A DNA stretch of 10,295 bases from Candidatus Methylomirabilis sp. Its GTDB lineage: Bacteria > Methylomirabilota > Methylomirabilia > Methylomirabilales > Methylomirabilaceae. This document shows, piece after piece, positions 1 through 6,348 of this stretch; position 1 is the stretch's first letter; every line of letters begins with the position of its first letter. The DNA lies in contig JBGQJI010000091.1 in the NCBI GenBank assembly GCA_041498975.1, forward strand, positions 1 to 10,295. Direction: 5' to 3'. The notes beneath the pieces were generated by a model. That model was not told the DNA's origin, did no database searches, and saw only the letters and a program-made list of their open reading frames with translations. Position numbers and translations under genes: made by a program.

Positions 1-16
1 CCTCTCCGGGGGCCAC
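1..16 (-). CDS. Possible start of a downstream gene (truncated by the window edge)
   Basis: Directly after the rplS stop: AGGGGAG (30-24), 7 nt, then GTG (16-14) GCC CCC GGA GAG. Too short to identify. RNase HII often follows rplS, but this cannot be confirmed here. Confidence 0.3.
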
Positions 17-30
17 CGCAGCGCTCCCCT

Positions 31-378
31 CTACGTCAGCTTGCGCTCCGTGATGCGGGCCGCCTTTCCCTTCAGCTTTCGCAGGTAGTAGAGCTTCGCT
101 CGACGAACGCGGCCCCGTCTCGTGCGCTCGATTCTCTCGACCATGGGAGAATGAAGGGGAAAGGTTCGTTCCACCCCGACCCCGTAGGTGACCTTGCGCA
201 CCGTAAAGGAGGCGCGAAGCCCATCCCCTCGCCGGCGGATGACCACCCCTTCGAAAGCTTGAATCCTCTCCTTGTCCCCCTCTTGGACCCTCAATTGGAC
301 CTTCACCGTGTCCCCCGGAGAGAATTCCGGAAGCTGTGCCTTCAGCAGCGGCGCTTCAACGCTCTTGATGACATCCAT
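31..378 (-). CDS. rplS: 50S ribosomal protein L19
   Basis: Typical L19 sequence ([11 protein letters not shown]...[11 protein letters not shown]...[22 protein letters not shown]...[10 protein letters not shown]). Start moved from the ORF-track 453 to ATG 378, which follows GGAGG (390-386). The 453 GTG lies inside the heptamer repeat. Position after trmD is canonical. Confidence 0.97.
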   Translation of the reverse strand: MDVIKSVEAPLLKAQLPEFSPGDTVKVQLRVQEGDKERIQAFEGVVIRRRGDGLRASFTVRKVTYGVGVERTFPLHSPMVERIERTRRGRVRRAKLYYLRKLKGKAARITERKLT

Positions 379-393
379 AATTCGACCTCCAAG

Positions 394-467
394 ACGCGGA
401 GTAAAGAGCGCAGAGTGCGGTGGGCGAGGTGTTGGGTACTTCGCACCACGCACTTCGGACCTCGCAC
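394..467. repeat. Imperfect palindrome of degenerate 7-nt tandem repeats (GTGCG-type), trmD-rplS spacer
   Basis: + strand left arm acgcgga gtaaaga gcgcaga gtgcggt gggcgag gtgttgg (394-435; first two units weak), centre gtac (436-439), right arm ttcgcac cacgcac ttcggac ctcgcac (440-467). Confidence 0.8.
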
Positions 468-470
468 CAT

Positions 471-1214
471 TTAGCGGGATTTCTGTTCTTCCTCCTCGAT
501 CTCCCTGAGCAGCACACGATCCTCCTCGCTTAATTCAGCCCGACGAAGCAGGTCCGGCCGGCGCTCCAGGGTGCGACGCAGCGCCTCTTTTCGACGCCAC
601 CGCCTGATCCGATCGTGGTCGCCGGACAAGAGCACCACCGGGACCGCGAGCCCCCTGGCAATCTGCGGCCGGGTATACTGGGGAAAGTCGAGCAAGGCCT
701 CCATGAAGGAGTCGTACCGGGCCGAGTCCTCGTCTCCCAGAACACCAGGAATGAGACGGATGGTAGCATCAAGCAGAACGAGCGCCGGCAGTTCTCCCCC
801 GGTCAGCACATAGTCCCCGATCGATATCTCATCGGGGCAAAGGCGCTCCCTGATCCGTTCGTCGAACCCCTCGTATCGGCCGCAGATGACCAGCAGATGC
901 TGATACTCGACAAGTTCCCTGGCGACCGACTGCTGGAACGGGCGACCTTGGGGGGTCAGGAGGATCAGGCGGGTCCCCGTCTCTCGGCTGAGGTCGTCGA
1001 CGGCCTCAAAGATCGGCTCCGGCTTAAGCACCATCCCGGCGCCGCCCCCGTAAGGCCGATCGTCCACGGTGGCATGGCGATCGCGTGCGTAGGCACGAAG
1101 ATCATGAACCACAATCTTGACGATCCCCCGTTCCTGGGCCCGCTTGAGAATGCTCTCGGACAGGGGCCCCTGAAAGAAGCCTGGAAAAAGGGTGAGGATG
1201 TCATACTGCCTCAG
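471..1214 (-). CDS. trmD: tRNA (guanine37-N1)-methyltransferase TrmD; start codon non-canonical or uncertain (CTG at 1214 proposed)
   Basis: Motifs [48 protein letters not shown]. The frame stays open upstream of the ORF-track GTG (1112) and encodes the conserved N-terminus [27 protein letters not shown]. An in-frame TGA at 1223-1221 bounds it. Confidence 0.95.
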   Translation of the reverse strand: MRQYDILTLFPGFFQGPLSESILKRAQERGIVKIVVHDLRAYARDRHATVDDRPYGGGAGMVLKPEPIFEAVDDLSRETGTRLILLTPQGRPFQQSVARELVEYQHLLVICGRYEGFDERIRERLCPDEISIGDYVLTGGELPALVLLDATIRLIPGVLGDEDSARYDSFMEALLDFPQYTRPQIARGLAVPVVLLSGDHDRIRRWRRKEALRRTLERRPDLLRRAELSEEDRVLLREIEEEEQKSR

Positions 1215-1728
1215 CTTCGATCATCCCTTCTGGGGGGCGGACCAGCATGATCTCCTCTGCGAGATCGACCCTCCTCACGACCTCCCGTGTCGCTGGAAGG
1301 AGCCATTCCCCCTGCCGCCCGTGAACTACGTATACATCGTTGGCGCCCGTTTCCCAGATTTCCACGAGCTGTCCCAACTCTCGTCCCTCTTCACTGACGA
1401 CCCGAAGGCCGACCAGATCGGCATGGTAATACGTCCCTTCCGGGAGAGGGGGAGCGTCCGATCGAGAGAGGAGCAACTCACAACCAACCAGGCGGGCCGC
1501 CTGTTCCGGACTCTCTACGCCACGAAGCTTCAGCACCCAGCCGGAGCCGGCAGGCCGAACCCGCTCGACCGCATACCAGGCGAGGTTGCCTCCGACCGGC
1601 CTGACGTACACGCCGGCCAAACCGGCCGTCATGGCCATGGAGTCAGCGTACGACTCCACCTTGATCTCGCCCGCAAGCCCCCAGGCCTTCAGGGCCCTGC
1701 CGAGCAGAAGATACGGCGACGGCATCAC
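1201..1728 (-). CDS. rimM: 16S rRNA processing / ribosome maturation factor RimM
   Basis: LGRALKAWGLAGEIKV N-terminus and PRC-barrel motif YYHADLVGLRV...ETGANDVYVV...LLPA. Lies between khpA and trmD. Start is GTG 1728 or ATG 1725. Confidence 0.95.
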   Translation of the reverse strand: MMPSPYLLLGRALKAWGLAGEIKVESYADSMAMTAGLAGVYVRPVGGNLAWYAVERVRPAGSGWVLKLRGVESPEQAARLVGCELLLSRSDAPPLPEGTYYHADLVGLRVVSEEGRELGQLVEIWETGANDVYVVHGRQGEWLLPATREVVRRVDLAEEIMLVRPPEGMIEAEAV

Positions 1729-2013
1729 CTATTCCAGAATTTCCAGGACGGCCCGGCGCTTCGCCCTGGCAGCAATGGCGTGCAGCACCGTGCGCATCGC
1801 TTTGGCCGTCCTGCCCTGCTTTCCGATCACCCTACCGACATCAGAGGCGGCGACTCGAAGGCGGAGGATCACCGCCTTGTCTTCCTCCATAGCCTCCACG
1901 GTCACCTGGTCTGGACTGTCCACCAGCGCCCGGGCCATCCGCTCCACCAGCTCCCTCAGCGCCCCTGCCTCGTCCACGGGAACCTGATTCGGAACCGACG
2001 GACCGTCTTCCAT
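1729..2013 (-). CDS. khpA: KH-domain RNA-binding protein (KhpA/YlqC family)
   Basis: LRELVERMARALVDSPDQV...DVGRVIGKQGRTAKAMR (GxxG loop). Lies between rpsP and rimM. ATG 2013 is 7 nt after GGAGGA (2026-2021); the ORF-track extension to 2160 overlaps rpsP. Confidence 0.92.
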   Translation of the reverse strand: MEDGPSVPNQVPVDEAGALRELVERMARALVDSPDQVTVEAMEEDKAVILRLRVAASDVGRVIGKQGRTAKAMRTVLHAIAARAKRRAVLEILE

Positions 2014-2051
2014 CTTCCTTTCCTCCGGGTGCTCCCGCCTCGACTGAGGGG

Positions 2052-2333
2052 CTATCGATCCTTCCTCTGGGCTTTCAGCTCGGCGAATTGCCGCATCACG
2101 CCCGCCCGACGCAGGAGCTGCCGGACGCTGTCGGTCGGCTGCGCGCCACGCTGCAGCCAATGCAGCGCACGCTCCGCCCGCACCTCAAGCACAGGTTGTT
2201 CACCGTGGGGATCATAGGTGCCCAAGCTCTCCAGCACCCTGCCGCCCCCAGCAACTCGCGAATCCCCCACAACCAGCCGATAGAAGGCGTGCTGCTTCGC
2301 CCCCATCCTCCGCAGTTTGATCGTGACCGCCAT
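2052..2333 (-). CDS. rpsP: 30S ribosomal protein S16
   Basis: MAVTIKLRRMGAK...FYRLVV.DSR...LGTYDP...WLQRGAQPTDSVRQLL. ATG 2333 is 7 nt after AAGGGAG. Confidence 0.96.
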   Translation of the reverse strand: MAVTIKLRRMGAKQHAFYRLVVGDSRVAGGGRVLESLGTYDPHGEQPVLEVRAERALHWLQRGAQPTDSVRQLLRRAGVMRQFAELKAQRKDR

Positions 2334-2359
2334 TTCCACGCTCCCTTATCTGTCCGCCG

Positions 2360-3703
2360 TCATACCCCCATGAAAGGTCGGAGGCGCTTTGCCATTTTCC
2401 GTCCAGTAGCACCAGCCCCCGGGATGACCTGTCGCATCAGTTTCTGGGCCTGGAAGAACTGTTTGAGGAGACGATTCACATCTGCCACTGATGTGCCGCT
2501 TCCGGCGGCGATCCGCCGCCGGCGGCTTCCATTGATGAGATCCGAGACCTCCCTCTCCTTCCGGGTCATAGAGTTGATGATCGCCTCGGCTTGCCTGAAC
2601 TGCTGCTCCGCTGCACCAGAATCAGCCAGCCCCTTCTGTTGGGACAACCCCGGGATCATCTCCATCACCTGCTCAAGTGGCCCGAGCTCTTTCAGTTGCC
2701 TGAGCTGCAGGCGAAAATCCTCCAGCGTAAGACCGTCGCCCCGCAGTTTCTGCGCGAGCTCTTCAGCTCGCTTTCCATCGACGCTCGCCTGTGCCTTCTC
2801 CACGAGGGTCAGGATATCGCCCATCCCCAGGATCCGCGAGGCCAGCCGGTCGGGGTGGAACGATTCAAGGGCGTCCGGCTTCTCCCCCACTCCGATGAAC
2901 TTGATCGGCTTTCCCGTCACCGAACGGATCGAGAGGGCCGCTCCCCCTCGGGCATCCCCGTCCAGCTTGGTCAGGATAAACCCTGTGAGGCCGAGATCCG
3001 TGTCGAACCGAACGGCAGAATTCACCGCATCCTGGCCAGTCATGGCGTCGGCCACCATCAGCACCTCAGCGGGGCGCGTGACCTCTTTGATCGCGACAAG
3101 CTCCTGCATCAGCACCTCATCAACATGCAGCCGCCCGGAGGTGTCGAGGATCACCGGGTTATGCCCAAGTTCTTTGGCGCGGGCTCTCGCGTTCTGGCAG
3201 ACCTGCAACGCCGAACCCGCCCCGGCAAACACCGGCACCCCGATGGAGCGGCCGAGGATCTGGAGCTGTTCCACGGCGGCCGGCCTGGTCGTATCCGCCG
3301 CCACCAGAAGCGGCGACCGTCCATCCGACACGAGCCATCGGGCCAGCTTTGCCGCAGTGGTGGTCTTGCCCGATCCGTGAAGGCCGACCAGCATGAAGGC
3401 TGTCGGAGGGTCCGCTGCATAGGAAAGCAGGACGCGCTTGCTGCCCAAGACCTCCACCAGCTCTTCGTACACCACCTTCACCACCTGCTGGCCAGGGGTT
3501 ACGCTTTCCAGGACCTCGTAGCCGACCGCCCGCTCGCGGACCCGCTCGATAAATCCCTTCACGACCTTGAAATTCGCATCCGCTTCCAAAAGCGCGAGCC
3601 GGACCTCTCGGAGCGCCTCAGCGATATTCTCCTCGGTGAGCCGTCCATGGCCACGAAGCCCCTTGAAAATCACGCTTAATCGTTCCGCAAGCCCTTCGAA
3701 CAT
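2360..3703 (-). CDS. ffh: Signal recognition particle protein Ffh (SRP54)
   Basis: N domain ALLEADAN, GTPase motifs GLHGSGKTTT, DTSGR, DAMTGQDA, TKLDGDARGGAALS, RILGMGD, and M domain AIINSMT...SRRRRIAAGSG. Confidence 0.98.
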   Translation of the reverse strand: MFEGLAERLSVIFKGLRGHGRLTEENIAEALREVRLALLEADANFKVVKGFIERVRERAVGYEVLESVTPGQQVVKVVYEELVEVLGSKRVLLSYAADPPTAFMLVGLHGSGKTTTAAKLARWLVSDGRSPLLVAADTTRPAAVEQLQILGRSIGVPVFAGAGSALQVCQNARARAKELGHNPVILDTSGRLHVDEVLMQELVAIKEVTRPAEVLMVADAMTGQDAVNSAVRFDTDLGLTGFILTKLDGDARGGAALSIRSVTGKPIKFIGVGEKPDALESFHPDRLASRILGMGDILTLVEKAQASVDGKRAEELAQKLRGDGLTLEDFRLQLRQLKELGPLEQVMEMIPGLSQQKGLADSGAAEQQFRQAEAIINSMTRKEREVSDLINGSRRRRIAAGSGTSVADVNRLLKQFFQAQKLMRQVIPGAGATGRKMAKRLRPFMGV

Positions 3704-3730
3704 CTCCGGATCCCCTTAGCGTAAGACGTA

Positions 3731-3760
3731 AAAATAGCCCCTCGGTCCTCGGCTTGTCAA
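3731..3760 (-). promoter_or_regulatory. Putative sigma70 promoter of the ffh-rpsP-khpA-rimM-trmD-rplS operon
   Basis: Minus strand: perfect -35 TTGACA (3760-3755), 18-nt spacer, -10-like TATTTT (3736-3731), 27 nt upstream of the ffh ATG, in a locally AT-rich patch. Confidence 0.7.
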
Positions 3761-3971
3761 GGCTAAACTGCACTTCCTGCTGGCCACTCAGAAGCCCGAC
3801 TGGCACATCATCTCAAGCGAAGGGTACAGGCTGAACATCCAGTGCCCGCTGCCCATTACGCGGATATCTGCAGGGCCCGGCAGCCGTCGAAGCAGGCGCA
3901 ACGAATCGTGGGCATCGACCGATGGGCCAAGGCCTGGCCTGATTGGGTCAGGCCCACCAACTCGCCCTGCG

Positions 3972-4565
3972 TCAGGCAAGGGGGCAGGTTCGCAGCACCG
4001 TGTACCGCGCCCCGCCAGGGCCCAATTCGCTCCTCATCAACTCGATCCGTTGGAGCATCATCTCCCCCAGCGGCTCGGCGGGGATCGAGGTCAGCGCAAC
4101 GGCCAGTTGCTCCCGGTGTCCCGGACCGCGCACTCGACCGAGCGTCAGATGCGCCGAAAAAGGCCGCTCCTCTCGCGCGAACCCAAGGGACTCCAGGCCC
4201 GCCTCCACCCTCGCCTGTAACATACCCAGCGCCTCCGCACCCTGCTGCACCCCGATCCAGACGACTCGGGCGGCGCGTGGCTGAGGGAAGGCACCCAGAC
4301 CACCGAGCGCGAGACGAAACGACCCACAGCCGGCAGCGGCCGTAGCAATCGCCTCTGCAACGGCGCCGAGGCGACCCTCCTCGACCTGTCCCAGGAATTT
4401 GAGCGTGAGGTGAAGGCCTTCCGGCCTTACCCACCCCACATCGGCGTGGGTCGCCTTGAGCCGTTCCTGTACCTTGGCGAGGCCGTCTTTCAGGCCCTGG
4501 TCCAGATTGACGGCCACAAAGGCACGAACCGTTGGCCCAGGTGAGCGCTCAGGTCGGTGTGGCAT
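3972..4565 (-). CDS. thpR: RNA 2',3'-cyclic phosphodiesterase (2H phosphoesterase, LigT/ThpR)
   Basis: VRAFVAV N-terminus, two HxT motifs (LHLTLKFLG and FSAHLTLGR), GGLGAFP...RVVW, and MRSEL...GARY. Follows cinA with a 17-nt overlap. Confidence 0.93.
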   Translation of the reverse strand: MPHRPERSPGPTVRAFVAVNLDQGLKDGLAKVQERLKATHADVGWVRPEGLHLTLKFLGQVEEGRLGAVAEAIATAAAGCGSFRLALGGLGAFPQPRAARVVWIGVQQGAEALGMLQARVEAGLESLGFAREERPFSAHLTLGRVRGPGHREQLAVALTSIPAEPLGEMMLQRIELMRSELGPGGARYTVLRTCPLA

Positions 4566-5811
4566 TGTTGCGCAACAGCAGGTGTCGGCGCAGCATGTCG
4601 AGGGCCCCTTGCGACGCGAGCAGCTTATTGGTCTCGCGATCTCCGAGGAATCGAAACTCCCGGCAGGCCACCTTCTCTCGGGAAGCGAGGGCGATGTAGG
4701 TCAGGCCGACCGGCTTCCCGGCGGTGGCGCCGCCCGGACCCGCTATTCCGGTGATTCCGAGGGCCAGATCTGTTCCGGCGGCCTCCCGCATGCCCGAAGC
4801 CAACGCTTGGGCAACGGGCTGGCTGACCGTTCCATACTGCGCGATCAACTCACGGGGCACGCCGACCAGGCTCTCCTTGGCCTCGTTGCTATACACCACC
4901 TCGCCACAGATGAAGTAGGCGGAACTCCCTGGGACATTGGTCAAACGATGACAGACCAGCCCTCCCGTGCACGACTCGGCGACGGCAATGGTCTGTTTCG
5001 CCTCCAGGAGGAGCCGTCCCACCACCTCTTCGAGTCGCTCCTCGTTTCGTCCGAAGACCAGCGGGCCAAGTCGCTCACGAAGCCTGGCCTCCAAATCATC
5101 GAGCAGCCGATCGCCCTCTCCCTCCGAGTCGCTTTTCACCGTCAGGCGGACGTGGATCTCCCCCGCGTGGGCGAGCAGCGCGATGGTCGGGTTTCGTGAG
5201 AGGCGAGACAGGTCGCCGATGACCTCGTCGAGCTTCGATTCGGTGATCCCGGACGTCTTGAGAATGCGCGAGCGGATCCGGGCCTTGACGCCGAACCCCT
5301 GCCGAAGACGAGGGATGACCGCATCGGTGAGCATCGGCTGCATCTCCGAGGGCACGCCTGGCATCGCCACCAGCACTCTCCCATCCTCCAGGCGGACAAA
5401 GAGGCCAGGCGCTGTCCCCCGGGGGTTGGGCAAGACGGTGGCACCCTCCGGGATCAGGGCTTGTCGCTCGTTGTTCTTGGACATGGCCAGTCCCCGCTCG
5501 GCGAATCGGCGACGGACGGCTTCCAAGACCCTCGCATCGAGGACCAGTGGCCGCGCGAGAACTGCAGCGATGACCCGGCATGTCAGATCGTCCTCTGTGG
5601 GACCGAGGCCTCCTGTGGAGATCACGATCTCCGACCGGGCCAGGGCCAGCCGAAAGGCCTCTCCGATGCGGCCTTCGTTGTCCCCGACGGTCGTTTTCCA
5701 ATACACGTCGATTCCTGCTTCAGCAAGCTGTTCGCCGATGTAGGCGGAGTTGGTATCGATGCTCTGGCCGAGTAACAGCTCCGTCCCGATGGTGAGGATC
5801 TCAACCCCCAT
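4549..5811 (-). CDS. cinA: CinA-like protein (MocF/ADPR-pyrophosphatase domain fused to PncC NMN deamidase)
   Basis: EILTIGTELLLG, DTNS, VGDN, TGGLGPTEDD, GTAPG, MPGVPSEM, then C-terminal AVAESCTGG, YSNEAK, GITGIAGPGG, KPVG. Start reassigned to ATG 5811 after GGGAGAG; the ORF-track extension to 6048 overlaps pgpA. Confidence 0.95.
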   Translation of the reverse strand: MGVEILTIGTELLLGQSIDTNSAYIGEQLAEAGIDVYWKTTVGDNEGRIGEAFRLALARSEIVISTGGLGPTEDDLTCRVIAAVLARPLVLDARVLEAVRRRFAERGLAMSKNNERQALIPEGATVLPNPRGTAPGLFVRLEDGRVLVAMPGVPSEMQPMLTDAVIPRLRQGFGVKARIRSRILKTSGITESKLDEVIGDLSRLSRNPTIALLAHAGEIHVRLTVKSDSEGEGDRLLDDLEARLRERLGPLVFGRNEERLEEVVGRLLLEAKQTIAVAESCTGGLVCHRLTNVPGSSAYFICGEVVYSNEAKESLVGVPRELIAQYGTVSQPVAQALASGMREAAGTDLALGITGIAGPGGATAGKPVGLTYIALASREKVACREFRFLGDRETNKLLASQGALDMLRRHLLLRNNATPT

Positions 5812-5831
5812 GGCTCTCCCCGCCGCGTCCC

Positions 5832-6329
5832 TTAGCCGATGGCTCCCGGCAGCCCCCACAGCAGGAGCCGAACTGAGGCATTCGCGTAGGTCCCCGCCAC
5901 GAGATCGTCCAGCATGATGCCCCATCCGCCGGGTAGATTCTCTGCCCGATCGACGGGAAAGGGCTTCCAGATGTCGAACACACGGAAGAGGACAAGCGCA
6001 CAGAGGAGCGGCGCCAAGCGGGGCGGAATCGCCAGGAGCGCCACCCAACAGCCGACGATTTCATCGATGATCACACAGGAGGGATCTCTGACTCCGAGGG
6101 CGACCGTCGCTCGGTCGGCCGTGTAGGCTCCGACGGCGAACAGAAAGGCAACCACGGAGAGGTGATACGTCCAGGGCAGATGACGGAGCGGGAAGAACAG
6201 CCCGAATGCGGCCACGCTCCCTGCCGTCCCCGGCGCGTATGGAATCCGGCCAAGATAGAACCCGGTGGCAAGCAGCAGAGGCACCCGCGGATACCGCGAG
6301 TGAACCCGACATCCCCGAGGGTCTGACAT
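5832..6329 (-). CDS. pgpA: Phosphatidylglycerophosphatase A
   Basis: APGTAGS, DPSCVIIDEIVG, LFRVFDIWKPFP, GGWGIMLDDLVAG and hydrophobic segments. The exact start is uncertain because there is no well-spaced RBS. Confidence 0.93.
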   Translation of the reverse strand: MSDPRGCRVHSRYPRVPLLLATGFYLGRIPYAPGTAGSVAAFGLFFPLRHLPWTYHLSVVAFLFAVGAYTADRATVALGVRDPSCVIIDEIVGCWVALLAIPPRLAPLLCALVLFRVFDIWKPFPVDRAENLPGGWGIMLDDLVAGTYANASVRLLLWGLPGAIG

Positions 6330-6348
6330 GAGCGGCAGGTCGGATCCC

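Noticed and set aside
1195..1245. Programmed +1 frameshift fusing rimM to trmD
   Set aside because: A slip at rimM CCC-CCA meets TGA at 1223-1221 in the trmD frame. A prfB-like slip at GTA-TGA-C would need GUA-to-UAU re-pairing, which is implausible.
615..2217. + strand ORFs of 211 aa and 341 aa
   Set aside because: Antisense to trmD, rimM, khpA and rpsP, with no independent evidence of coding.
2088..3679. Long + strand ORFs of 430 aa (2088-3380) and 362 aa (2591-3679)
   Set aside because: They lie antisense to ffh/rpsP and show no recognisable motifs. Such shadow ORFs are expected opposite high-GC genes.
3860..3900. Possible SRP RNA (ffs) next to ffh
   Set aside because: The conserved domain IV pattern (CAGG..GNRA..AGCAG) was not found on either strand.
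3788..3979. 63-aa minus-strand ORF in the thpR-ffh gap
   Set aside because: TTG start inside thpR, no clear RBS and no recognisable family. It cannot be excluded but is unsupported.
4456..5743. + strand ORFs of 247 aa and 258 aa
   Set aside because: Antisense shadows of cinA with Ser/Arg/Gly-rich, motif-free composition.
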